From: a virus
DNA length: 64,000 bases
Strand: one strand, 5' to 3'
IMG/VR virus record: IMGVR_UViG_3300028844_004047
Coordinates: 16,350-80,349 of that record
Both the position numbers and the translations under genes were made by a program. Positions 19,605-28,125 of the stretch are shown here, piece after piece (position 1 is the first letter of the stretch; every line of letters starts with the position of its first letter). The notes beneath the pieces were generated by a model, which saw only the letters and a program-made list of their open reading frames with translations, searched no databases and was not told the DNA's origin.

Positions 19605-20065
19605 TGATTCGTAATCCAGATAAAGATAAGTTTAAAAGTTCGGCAGTATTAACAGAACAACAACTTAAAGCAACCACTTGTATGTTACAAGATTGTGATA
19701 ACAAGTTAAGTATGTATGAAGGTCCTGGTAGTCAAGTACTATGTAGACAACACCAACTTGAGTGTGTTGAATATGGTGGAATGGGAAAACCAGAAAGACC
19801 ACATACATTTTATCGTAACTGGATATGTGATAGTTGTAGTTACGATCCACGTGAAGATGAACTAAGATTTGGTCACGTTGAAAATGAATATGATAAGATT
19901 CGTGCAATGCGAGGAGTGATGCACGGTGATCATATACACTTAAAGTCTAAGGGCGGAACTGATACTAAAGATAATATTAGTACTTTATGTGTATTGTGTC
20001 ATATGGCAAAAACTTATACTCAAAAGGACTATTTGGGTAAAAAGCAGGATAATATGGTAGTTTAA
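19598..20065 (+). CDS. HNH endonuclease with Zn fingers
   Basis: CDSC...GDHIHLKSKGGTDTKDNISTLCVLCHMAKT; start overlaps the upstream stop. Confidence 0.85.
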   Translation: MVMIRNPDKDKFKSSAVLTEQQLKATTCMLQDCDNKLSMYEGPGSQVLCRQHQLECVEYGGMGKPERPHTFYRNWICDSCSYDPREDELRFGHVENEYDKIRAMRGVMHGDHIHLKSKGGTDTKDNISTLCVLCHMAKTYTQKDYLGKKQDNMVV

Positions 20066-20197
20066 TGATATCTTTCTTAAAAAAAATTTATTGCAAAATA
20101 ACACATTCGTTGAAATATAAGGGTTTTTTAAAGGTTGACAGATTAAACATATATGTTATATTAAGTAAAATGATGTTAAATACTAGAGAGCATAGAC

Positions 20198-20692
20198 ATG
20201 AAAGTTATAGTGACAGGTGGGTGCAAAACCCAACGGAAATTTTCAGAAAGTTTGGCACGATTCTGTGCAGACTTATTAATGTCCAAGCGACTTCAGAACT
20301 CAATACATTTAGATATACAACTTGTTCCAAATCTAATGAAAAAGGAAGAGGTATATGGTGATTCGTGTTGGGAAGATAACAATTGGCGACCACGTGAGTT
20401 TACTGTCCGGGCAGATAGCAAACTTCGTATGCGTCGGCTACTTGAAACCATTGCACACGAAATGGTACACGTTAAACAATTCGCTAAAGGCGAAATGGTT
20501 GACCTTGCTCGTGCAGACAAAATTCGCTGGTGTGGTAAAATGTTTGAAGAAAAAGATTCAAACTATTATGACTACCCTTGGGAAATCGAAGCACACGGCA
20601 GAGAATGTGGACTATTTGTACGTTGGGCACAAGCAAAGAAATTGTCTAAAGAAAAATGGGCAAACAACGAAGACTTCAACTTTAAAACTTAA
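20198..20692 (+). CDS. Zn metallopeptidase-like (HExxH) phage protein
   Basis: TIAHEMVHVKQF...YYDYPWEIEAH; promoter TTGACA 20135. Confidence 0.8.
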   Translation: MKVIVTGGCKTQRKFSESLARFCADLLMSKRLQNSIHLDIQLVPNLMKKEEVYGDSCWEDNNWRPREFTVRADSKLRMRRLLETIAHEMVHVKQFAKGEMVDLARADKIRWCGKMFEEKDSNYYDYPWEIEAHGRECGLFVRWAQAKKLSKEKWANNEDFNFKT

Positions 20693-20718
20693 TCAACAAT
20701 ACATAGAAAAGGGCAAAT

Positions 20719-21057
20719 ATGACTAATAATCTTACAGGTAAGATACAATCAATTTACGACTTAACTTCCAATGAAGCGGAGGTACGTGACTTTGGTAAAG
20801 ATATGATGGATCTAGCCTTCATCGAAAAAGATGATGTTAGAGCAAACAAACTTTCAGACTTAGGTTATCGTTTAAGTAGATTTGGTGAATTATGGAGTAT
20901 CAAAGGTAAAGACATTACCGATGAAGAACTGCAATTAATTAATTATGGGCAAAAAGAAATTAATGCTCCTAAAAACAAAAAGAAATTGCAACGTCTAAAA
21001 GATTTACAAAAAGAGAAATTAGAAAAAGCATTTATTCAATCTTCGCCAGTCGAGTAA
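20719..21057 (+). CDS. Hypothetical protein
   Basis: Operon position and codon usage. Confidence 0.6.
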   Translation: MTNNLTGKIQSIYDLTSNEAEVRDFGKDMMDLAFIEKDDVRANKLSDLGYRLSRFGELWSIKGKDITDEELQLINYGQKEINAPKNKKKLQRLKDLQKEKLEKAFIQSSPVE

Positions 21058-21060
21058 GCA

Positions 21061-21207
21061 ATGTATCAAGTTGTTTATATTCCTAAAGTTGAAGACGAGG
21101 TAATCGTCGCAGAATTTGATTCCATAGAAGAAGCAGAATCTCATATGGAATTAATTAAAGTAGAACGCCCTAATGCGTTCCCACATCATTATATAAAGGA
21201 GAAGTAA
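21061..21207 (+). CDS. Small hypothetical protein (48 aa)
   Basis: MYQVVYIPKVEDEVIVAEFDSIEEAESHMELIKVERPNAFPHHYIKEK; fills the gap exactly. Confidence 0.6.
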   Translation: MYQVVYIPKVEDEVIVAEFDSIEEAESHMELIKVERPNAFPHHYIKEK

Positions 21208-21333
21208 ATGAAATATTTTATGATTATTATGGTAGCACTATCTTTAGGTGCTTGTTCTACAGTTGCTGGTGTTGGCAAAGATATCCAAGATGCGGCTGAG
21301 TATACAAAAGAAAAAGTTGGTTCAAAACTGTAG
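21208..21333 (+). CDS. ecnAB: Entericidin EcnA/B-family lipoprotein
   Basis: AAGGAG RBS; MKYFMIIMVALSLGACSTVAGVGKDIQDAA..., lipobox LGAC plus the TVAGVGKDI signature. Confidence 0.85.
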   Translation: MKYFMIIMVALSLGACSTVAGVGKDIQDAAEYTKEKVGSKL

Positions 21334-21340
21334 AAATAGG

Positions 21341-21369
21341 TTGACAAAAGTCGCATAATATGGTATACT
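21341..21369 (+). promoter_or_regulatory. sigma70-type early promoter
   Basis: TTGACA-17nt-TATACT with extended TG. Confidence 0.75.
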
Positions 21370-21399
21370 ATATGTATAGTTAAGAAGAAGGAGAGTTAA

Positions 21400-22119
21400 A
21401 TGTCAAAAGAAGTTTACACGTTTACAAAAGCACTTACAATCGCTTTTACGGCACAACGTTTTAACGATTCGTATCAAAAAGAAACTGTGGTTCCTTATAC
21501 CATTGACGGTAAACTCACAGGCACTCCAACTGTTGCTAATAAACAAATTATGCGATTCCTAGTAAACAATCACGATGGAATGGATCCAAACGTTATTGAC
21601 TTCTTAAATAAAAACGAAAAGAAACTTCGTGTAACTGAAGATGATGAAAAAGATACATCTGAAACTATAGAATGGTTAGAAGGTTTGGCTATGCGAGCCA
21701 TGGCAAGTGACCTTAACGGATTTGAATCTAAATTATATTCAACATTCGAAAAAGATGATATTTCAACATATGACTTTGGAATGATTGCAAGTATACCACA
21801 AACTGTACAACGTGTAGTTAAAAAAGAAACAACAGAAGATTTGATTATGAAATCCTGTACAGGTGACTGGATAGGTAAAGTAGGTGATAAAGTTAATGTT
21901 ACTGCTAAAATGATTTCTGGTGTTTACAGTCGTAACTATTCGAGTTACATTTATGTTGCAATAGCAGATAATAAACTTATTACTTTCTGGAGTCAAAAAG
22001 ACTTTTTGGAAGAAGTTGGTAAAAATGTTAAAATTTATGCCAAAATAAAAAGGACTGACATGAGTCGTTGGTATCCTAGCATTAAAGAAACTCAACTTAA
22101 CTACGTTAAAATAAATTAA
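21400..22119 (+). CDS. Hypothetical early protein, probable C-terminal OB fold
   Basis: WIGKVGDKV...KIYAKIK...ETQLNYVK pattern. Confidence 0.65.
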   Translation: MSKEVYTFTKALTIAFTAQRFNDSYQKETVVPYTIDGKLTGTPTVANKQIMRFLVNNHDGMDPNVIDFLNKNEKKLRVTEDDEKDTSETIEWLEGLAMRAMASDLNGFESKLYSTFEKDDISTYDFGMIASIPQTVQRVVKKETTEDLIMKSCTGDWIGKVGDKVNVTAKMISGVYSRNYSSYIYVAIADNKLITFWSQKDFLEEVGKNVKIYAKIKRTDMSRWYPSIKETQLNYVKIN

Positions 22120-22124
22120 GAGGT

Positions 22125-22195
22125 TTACGGTACGATCTCCTTCTTAACTTACACGAGCCCTGTCATGTTGTACCGTGTGGCAGGGTTCATTTTCT
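22125..22195 (+). other. Structured intergenic RNA (terminator-like hairpin with pseudoknot or alternative pairing)
   Basis: Stem 22155-22167/22176-22188; 22168-22177 also complementary to 22126-22135. Confidence 0.55.
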
Positions 22196-22209
22196 TGAAA
22201 GGAAAATAA

Positions 22210-22377
22210 ATGGCAAGATATCAACGAACAGAAGCAGACACAAAGGCCATTGAAGAATGGTTAGCAAAAGGCAACAAAATTACTGTATGTGAACCTTATG
22301 CAAGAACAGAGGATATCGGCTACATGAGTCGCTGGAAAGGTTCTAAAAAGAAGAAAAAGGTTGACAAATCGACATAA
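22210..22377 (+). CDS. Small protein resembling the SutA RNAP-binding motif (55 aa)
   Basis: AAGGA RBS; ...AIEEWLAKGNKITVC... resembles SutA AMEEFLARGGKVQE; basic tail. Confidence 0.6.
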   Translation: MARYQRTEADTKAIEEWLAKGNKITVCEPYARTEDIGYMSRWKGSKKKKKVDKST

Positions 22378-22419
22378 GGTGCTATTATAAAATAGTAAGT
22401 TAAACAATAAAAGAAGAAG

Positions 22420-23001
22420 ATGAAATTGAAAAAAATTATATTAACAGACGCAGATGGTGTACTCCTTAATTGGGAGTTCGCCTTTAACTGTTGGATGGAA
22501 GAACACGGATTTAAAACTACAAAAGGATACCAGTTCAAATACGATATGGCTGAACGTTATGGTATTCCAAAAGCACAAGTTAAAACACTAATTAGACAGT
22601 TTAATGAAAGTGCTACAATCGGATACTTACCTGCTCTACGTGACGCAGTTCAATATGTTACAAAACTTGCTGACGAAGGTTGGGAGTTTCATTGCATTAC
22701 ATCATTAAGTAATAACAAATATGCAAAAAGGCTAAGACAGAAAAATTTAGACAAGTTGTTCGGAGAAGGAGTCTTTACTAAACTAATTTGTTTAGGTACT
22801 GGAGACGATAAAGATGACACACTTGCACAATACAAAGGATCCAAACTTTGGTGGATTGAAGACAAACCTGTAAACTGCGAAGCAGGATTAAAAGCAGGAC
22901 TTAAACCTATACTTGTAGAACATGGACACAACATGAATGGCGAGTATTCTTACCCAATAGCAAAAGATTGGGAACACATCTATAACATTGTAACAGTCTA
23001 A
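22420..23001 (+). CDS. HAD-superfamily phosphatase/5'-nucleotidase (T4 gp30.2-like)
   Basis: ILTDADGVLLNW, CITSL, WIEDK motifs; promoter TTGACA 22361. Confidence 0.85.
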   Translation: MKLKKIILTDADGVLLNWEFAFNCWMEEHGFKTTKGYQFKYDMAERYGIPKAQVKTLIRQFNESATIGYLPALRDAVQYVTKLADEGWEFHCITSLSNNKYAKRLRQKNLDKLFGEGVFTKLICLGTGDDKDDTLAQYKGSKLWWIEDKPVNCEAGLKAGLKPILVEHGHNMNGEYSYPIAKDWEHIYNIVTV

Positions 23002-23012
23002 GGTTGCAAATC

Positions 23013-23067
23013 ATTTAACAAAACTGTAATCTTTCTTTTGACATTATCAAGTAAATAGTGTTACAAT
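23013..23067 (+). promoter_or_regulatory. Promoter with possible Pho box upstream of the phosphate transporter
   Basis: ATTTAAC-AAAA-CTGTAAT (11-bp period, compare CTGTCAT) just upstream of TTGACA 23038...TACAAT 23062; nested late TAAATA at 23052. Confidence 0.4.
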
Positions 23068-23126
23068 GAAATAATATATAAATCAATAACAAGCAACGTC
23101 GAGCTTGGCCAATATGGAGATATAAA

Positions 23127-24089
23127 ATGGACGCATTAACACTTTGGATGGGTGTAGGTTTTTTACTAGCCGCTTATTCTGTTATCGCAAACGATTCAGT
23201 ACAAACTCTCGGTACATGGATTGCATCAAACAACGAAAAATTTAATTGGAAAACTTTATGGATCGCCGCATCGGCGGTTTTGCTTTGGGCCTTATGGTAC
23301 GGGTGGTATGTCAATGGGGGAGATATATCATACGGACGTCTTAATAGGATACCATGGCAAGAAGTAAAATGGTATCATGCAATGGCACCTGCTTTACTTT
23401 TATTACTAACAAGGATAGGTATTCCTGTTAGTACATCATTTTTAGTATTGTCGGCATTTGCTAGTACATTTGTATTAGAAAAAATGTTAATGAAATCTAT
23501 TATGGGTTATGCAGTCGCGGCAGTGGCGGCTTATGCCATATGGATAGTTATAACTAAATTTATAGATGAAAAACATGACCCTGTAAAAGATGAACACAAA
23601 GTATATTGGCGAGTTGGTCAATGGATAACTACTGGTTTTTTATGGTGGACTTGGTTAAGTCATGACATGGCAAACATTGCCGTATTCCTGCCAAGACAAG
23701 TAAACTTTGAATTAATGGTAATGATAAGCCTTGTGTTTGTTATAGGCTTGTTCTTTATGTTTAGAGAACGTGGAGGAAAAATACAACAAATTGTATTAGA
23801 AAAGCACAATACAAGATATGTAAGAAGTGCAACATTAATTGATTTGTTTTATTGGTTAGTACTTTGGTTCTTTAAAGAACTCAATGATATCCCAATGTCA
23901 ACAACATGGGTATTTGTTGGACTATTATGTGGACGTGAACTTGCAATGGCAACTATGCTAGGCAATGGAAAACTAAAAGTAGTATTTCCTTTAGTTGGCA
24001 AAGACTTTCTTAAGATGATAACAGGATTGTTAGCATCAGTAGGTATTGTTATTACAATTCACTATGTATTAATACCAAACGGATTTTAA
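23127..24089 (+). CDS. PiT/PHO4-related inorganic phosphate transporter-like membrane protein
   Basis: SVIANDSVQTLGT, GIPVSTS, HDMANIA, IPMSTTW: the duplicated PiT-type motifs; about 9 TM helices. Confidence 0.7.
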   Translation: MDALTLWMGVGFLLAAYSVIANDSVQTLGTWIASNNEKFNWKTLWIAASAVLLWALWYGWYVNGGDISYGRLNRIPWQEVKWYHAMAPALLLLLTRIGIPVSTSFLVLSAFASTFVLEKMLMKSIMGYAVAAVAAYAIWIVITKFIDEKHDPVKDEHKVYWRVGQWITTGFLWWTWLSHDMANIAVFLPRQVNFELMVMISLVFVIGLFFMFRERGGKIQQIVLEKHNTRYVRSATLIDLFYWLVLWFFKELNDIPMSTTWVFVGLLCGRELAMATMLGNGKLKVVFPLVGKDFLKMITGLLASVGIVITIHYVLIPNGF

Positions 24090-24095
24090 AGATAG

Positions 24096-24117
24096 TGGGT
24101 GGGTTTCGGCTCACCCA
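24096..24117. terminator. Hairpin terminator between convergent genes
   Basis: TGGGTGGGT-TTCG-GCTCACCCA. Confidence 0.7.
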
Positions 24118-24176
24118 TAATCACCGATACAGTATTCATAGCAGTAGTGTCCGGAACACTACAATATAAAATTTAC

Positions 24177-24902
24177 TTAATCATTATCACCATAAATTGC
24201 TAATACCTCCGTTACTGCTGGATGACGTTCTATGTCCTTATGCGAAAACTGTACACTTTCGATATGATTTGAATCTCTCGTTTGTACAAGTTGCATAAAG
24301 TCTAATAGTCCGTTGTCTTTAACTTTTCGATCAGTCTGTTTAACATCTCCGGTTACAACAATTTTACTTCCTTCGCCGATTCTGGTCAATAGCATCTTCA
24401 TCTGATTTGGCGTTGCATTTTGCATTTCGTCTGCGACGATATATGCATTTTTAAATGTGCGACCTCTCATAAATGCTAGGGGTGATATTTCGATGATTTG
24501 TTCGTCTAGCATCTTGGCTGTTTCTTTAGGAGAGTAATATTCGTGTAAAACATCGAACAATGGACGAGTCCACGGTTCCATTTTTTGGTTGAGATCACCT
24601 GGTAAGAATCCATGTTTTTCATCATCAACACCAACTGCTGGACGAGTACAAACAATCTTGTCAACTAAACCACTTTTATAATGTTTTATAGCAGATAGCA
24701 TAGCAATCATGGTTTTACCCGTTCCTGCTGGTCCTGATGCAAAAACAATATCCTTGTTAGACGTAAGCAATGCATCTACATATGATTCTTGCGTTCGACT
24801 TCTAGGAATGATATTAACTTGTTTTTTTCGTCCATAACTTGCATTATGGTTGTCTTGTGAAATGTACATATATTCTTCTTTTTTGTGTCTACGTTTGCCC
24901 AA
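24177..24902 (-). CDS. phoH: PhoH-family ATPase
   Basis: GPAGTGKT, TRPAV, GFLPGDL..KM.PW..P, PLAFMRGRTF, DEMQN, LTRIG, GDVKQ.D, ERHP; AGGAGG RBS, TTG start. Confidence 0.95.
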   Translation of the reverse strand: MGKRRHKKEEYMYISQDNHNASYGRKKQVNIIPRSRTQESYVDALLTSNKDIVFASGPAGTGKTMIAMLSAIKHYKSGLVDKIVCTRPAVGVDDEKHGFLPGDLNQKMEPWTRPLFDVLHEYYSPKETAKMLDEQIIEISPLAFMRGRTFKNAYIVADEMQNATPNQMKMLLTRIGEGSKIVVTGDVKQTDRKVKDNGLLDFMQLVQTRDSNHIESVQFSHKDIERHPAVTEVLAIYGDND

Positions 24903-25051
24903 TTTGAACCTCCTGAGTTTATAGTTGTATATAAAACATATTATATACTAAAAATATTTAACTCTATAAGACTAGAAATAAGTGAATATAAGTCAGAACC
25001 TTTAAAAAGGATAAATACTTTGAGTAACGACAAACGGTAAGATAGATAATC

Positions 25052-25567
25052 ATGAAATCAAATAATATTGTAACTAACGTTAATAAACTATATCAAGCAG
25101 AAAGTTTTATGACTACATTGGTGGATTTTGAACGTGTTTTAGACAGTGTTCATTTATACGCCTATGACAATTGGGTAAAAGGTGAATTAGTAGAAGGTCC
25201 TAAAGTTGAAAAACATTGGGTAACTTGCACATTCATGTGGCCTCACAAAATGATGCCAGAACCTACAGGAGCAAAAAGACTCCTAGACTACAATATTAAA
25301 GTACGTTACAAAAAAGACATATTAGAAAGTCCTGTATCTATAAAGATGCCAGATGACAAAGAACCGGGTGGAAACTATCCTAAAATGAAAACTGATCCTA
25401 TTTGGTTAGTTGAAATTAGAATGCCTAGAACAATCATGTCTGACATTTATCGTGGTACTATGGAACTAGAAGGCGAAAAAATCGATCTAGATGATATCAA
25501 TTCAGCATACCAACAAGATTTAGATTTTGACGGAGTACAAGATGACAATACAGAAGAAGCAGAATAA
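25052..25567 (+). CDS. Conserved hypothetical late phage protein
   Basis: Late promoter 25010; DFERVLD...NW..GELVEGP...MP.P.GAKRL. Confidence 0.7.
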   Translation: MKSNNIVTNVNKLYQAESFMTTLVDFERVLDSVHLYAYDNWVKGELVEGPKVEKHWVTCTFMWPHKMMPEPTGAKRLLDYNIKVRYKKDILESPVSIKMPDDKEPGGNYPKMKTDPIWLVEIRMPRTIMSDIYRGTMELEGEKIDLDDINSAYQQDLDFDGVQDDNTEEAE

Positions 25568-26105
25568 ATTATTTGAAGGTCTTCGTAAAGGCGACTTATT
25601 TGATATTATTGATAGTAATGTAACTATTGATAGATACAAAAGTAAGATGGGCGAAGATGACCAAGTAGTTGTATTAGGATTTAAAGCACTTCATAAAGAA
25701 GGTGCAAGAGATTTAGTAGAATTTATCGAGTCAGGATATGAGTGGGTATTAGATGCTAATGAAAGTCCTGCTACTGACGAAAAAGGTAAAGTTACTGTAT
25801 TTGTTGAATTCAATCGCAGAACTAGTTCTCCAGCAAAGATTGTAGAATTATTAAATGACTTAAATCATTTAACTGAAAAACAAGACTGGACTTTTTCATA
25901 CTATAAAAATGAATATCCATCACCGGTTACTGAAGAAAACTTAAACGTTATTCCTAAATCTCCTAAAGAGTATAGGGATAGATTAATGCAAGAGCAAGAA
26001 CTCGATAATATGATGATGCAGGCAGGTTTAGATCCAAGTAAGCGATATAAAAAAGCACCAGAAGATAAAGATATATCATTCATAAAGAGCCTTGCCCAAA
26101 ACTAA
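25527..26105 (+). CDS. Hypothetical late phage protein
   Basis: LFEGLR..DL...IDRYKSKMGED; C-terminal FIKSLA motif. Confidence 0.7.
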   Translation: MTEYKMTIQKKQNKLFEGLRKGDLFDIIDSNVTIDRYKSKMGEDDQVVVLGFKALHKEGARDLVEFIESGYEWVLDANESPATDEKGKVTVFVEFNRRTSSPAKIVELLNDLNHLTEKQDWTFSYYKNEYPSPVTEENLNVIPKSPKEYRDRLMQEQELDNMMMQAGLDPSKRYKKAPEDKDISFIKSLAQN

Positions 26106-26116
26106 AAGGCTTAACA

Positions 26117-26626
26117 ATGCAAAAAAATTACGATAAGTGTTTAGAAACTATACTTCATCATGAAGGTGGTTATGTAAATCATCCTAAAGACCCTGGGGGT
26201 GAAACTAACTTGGGAGTTACCAAGAGAGTTTACGAAGAATGGGGCGGTAAAAAAGACATGAAAGACTTATTAGTCGAAGATGTTGCACCAATTTACAAAA
26301 AGAATTATTGGGACAAAATGAAAGGCGACGATCTGCCAAGTGGATTAGACTTATGTGTATTCGACTTTGGTGTTAACGCCGGACCAGGACGTTCTGCAAA
26401 ATATCTACAAACTATGATTGGAACAGTAGCCGATGGAGGCATTGGTCCAAACACACTTAAAAAAGTTGATGAGTATGTTAGTGAACATGGATTAGTAGAT
26501 ACTATTGTAAACTTTCAAAATGCAAGACAAGGTTATTACGAAAGTTTAAGTACATTTTCTACTTTTGGTAGAGGATGGACAAGACGTGTTGACGAAACAA
26601 CCGAATTAGCAAAAAAATTAGTCTAG
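26117..26626 (+). CDS. Endolysin, glycoside hydrolase family 108
   Basis: HEGGYVNHPKDPGGETNLGVT, FDFGVNAG, DGGIGPNT, FGRGWTRR. Confidence 0.93.
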   Translation: MQKNYDKCLETILHHEGGYVNHPKDPGGETNLGVTKRVYEEWGGKKDMKDLLVEDVAPIYKKNYWDKMKGDDLPSGLDLCVFDFGVNAGPGRSAKYLQTMIGTVADGGIGPNTLKKVDEYVSEHGLVDTIVNFQNARQGYYESLSTFSTFGRGWTRRVDETTELAKKLV

Positions 26627-26632
26627 TATATT

Positions 26633-27118
26633 ATGTTTAGTAGTTTAAAAATAGGATTAGTGATACTTATACTTGCAGGAGCAGGTGGGGGATTCTTGTA
26701 TGTAAAGAATCTAAAAGCAGACTTGGCTATGAGTGAAGCAAATAATGTTTTATTAGAGCAAGGTGTTGAAGACCAAAAACAAGCACTGGCTCAAATGAAA
26801 GCAGACTTTGTAGCAATCAATAAAGCCAATGCTGATCTTAATAAACTAGTAGACACATTAAACAAAGAAATAAAAGTATTAGACACTAAATTTAATAAAG
26901 TTAATGGCAAAGGTGACCAGAGAGATTTGGGCGACCTTGCCATTAAGAAATCAAAAGTAATTGAAAGAATAATCAATAAAGGAACTAAAAATGCTCAACG
27001 TTGTTTTGACATAGTAATGGGCAGTCCTTTAACGGAGAAAGAGAAAAATGCGACTAAGAAATCAGAAATCAATTCTGAATGTCCTAGCATTGCTAACCCT
27101 AATTACGTTCCTTACTAG
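26633..27118 (+). CDS. Inner-membrane spanin (Rz-like)
   Basis: N-terminal TM plus periplasmic coiled coil, directly after the endolysin; overlaps a lipoprotein gene. Confidence 0.7.
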   Translation: MFSSLKIGLVILILAGAGGGFLYVKNLKADLAMSEANNVLLEQGVEDQKQALAQMKADFVAINKANADLNKLVDTLNKEIKVLDTKFNKVNGKGDQRDLGDLAIKKSKVIERIINKGTKNAQRCFDIVMGSPLTEKEKNATKKSEINSECPSIANPNYVPY

Positions 27119-27434
27119 TTGTAGTGCGGCAGTTAAGCAGTTAGAGATTTTTAAAGTAGAGGAACCAAGACAACCTCTTAATTTAGAAAAGCCAATGCCA
27201 GCACAACTTAATGAGATCAAATGGATTATCATTAATAGTGAGAATGCTGAAGAAGTATTTGCTAAATTAAAAAAAGCAGAAACTGATGCAGTTATTTTTG
27301 GATTAACAGATGAAGGTTACGAAGCATTATCAATTAACTTTGCTCAAATTAGAGCATATATGATTCAACAAGATAAGATAATTGACGCATATAAAAAGTA
27401 TTACGAAACTGAAGATACTAAAAAAGACAAATAA
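27048..27434 (+). CDS. Outer-membrane spanin (Rz1-like lipoprotein)
   Basis: Lipobox LTSC, Pro-rich segment; overlaps the 3' end of the i-spanin. Confidence 0.7.
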   Translation: MRLRNQKSILNVLALLTLITFLTSCSAAVKQLEIFKVEEPRQPLNLEKPMPAQLNEIKWIIINSENAEEVFAKLKKAETDAVIFGLTDEGYEALSINFAQIRAYMIQQDKIIDAYKKYYETEDTKKDK

Positions 27435-27619
27435 TGACAAGAAAAACTAATACAATGTTGATAGGCTTATTAGGTACAATCCTATTAGGGTTGGCTACAT
27501 GGACTTTAGTAACACTAATAGAACTTCAAATTTTAGTTGGTATGATACAATCCGATTTAGAAAGTGTGGACAAACAATTTGGTCGGGTTTATAATTTTAT
27601 AGATTCAGTAAGAAAATAA
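27434..27619 (+). CDS. Small single-TM protein
   Basis: TAATG coupling; hydrophobic N-terminus. Confidence 0.6.
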   Translation: MTRKTNTMLIGLLGTILLGLATWTLVTLIELQILVGMIQSDLESVDKQFGRVYNFIDSVRK

Positions 27620-27846
27620 TGAAATTTGTATTATTGTCTGCACTTGTAATTCTTATGAGTGGTTGCGGTGTACAATTTAAAGACTGTAAGTTTGATCCTG
27701 GTGCAGATATTACTGTACAAAAGGAAAAAGTAGAGAAGTCAGAAGATGGGACAGAAACTACAGATAAAAAAGATAGTGATATTAGTGTAACAGATGATAC
27801 AACAATACGCATTAATCCTAAAGCAGATTTCAGTTGTCCGTTTTAA
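27619..27846 (+). CDS. Small lipoprotein
   Basis: Lipobox LMSGC; TAATG coupling. Confidence 0.65.
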   Translation: MKFVLLSALVILMSGCGVQFKDCKFDPGADITVQKEKVEKSEDGTETTDKKDSDISVTDDTTIRINPKADFSCPF

Positions 27847-27870
27847 TAAATAAAATAACAAAGGATTAAT

Positions 27871-28125
27871 ATGGAATATATTTCAAACATGATATCAGAG
27901 ATGGCTACTAACCGTCTATGGATATGGACTGCTTTAATTGGTTCATTATTTGGTTTAGCATTTTCAACTTACTTTAAAAGTACAAACATAGGTATTTGGT
28001 TGTATGGTAAGTTTGATAAAACATTAGACTTTTTAGTAAACCGTTGGGGTTGGACATGGTTCAAACAACAACCATCTAGACTAGATAAAATAGAAGCAAG
28101 ATTAGATAAGTTAGAAAAGAAGTAG
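27871..28125 (+). CDS. Small membrane protein
   Basis: AAGGA RBS; one TM helix and a coiled-coil tail. Confidence 0.65.
   Translation: MEYISNMISEMATNRLWIWTALIGSLFGLAFSTYFKSTNIGIWLYGKFDKTLDFLVNRWGWTWFKQQPSRLDKIEARLDKLEKK

Noticed and set aside
20065-20361. 98-aa + strand ORF, and 20355..20726
   Set aside because: They span a promoter cassette and overlap the better-supported HExxH gene in other frames.
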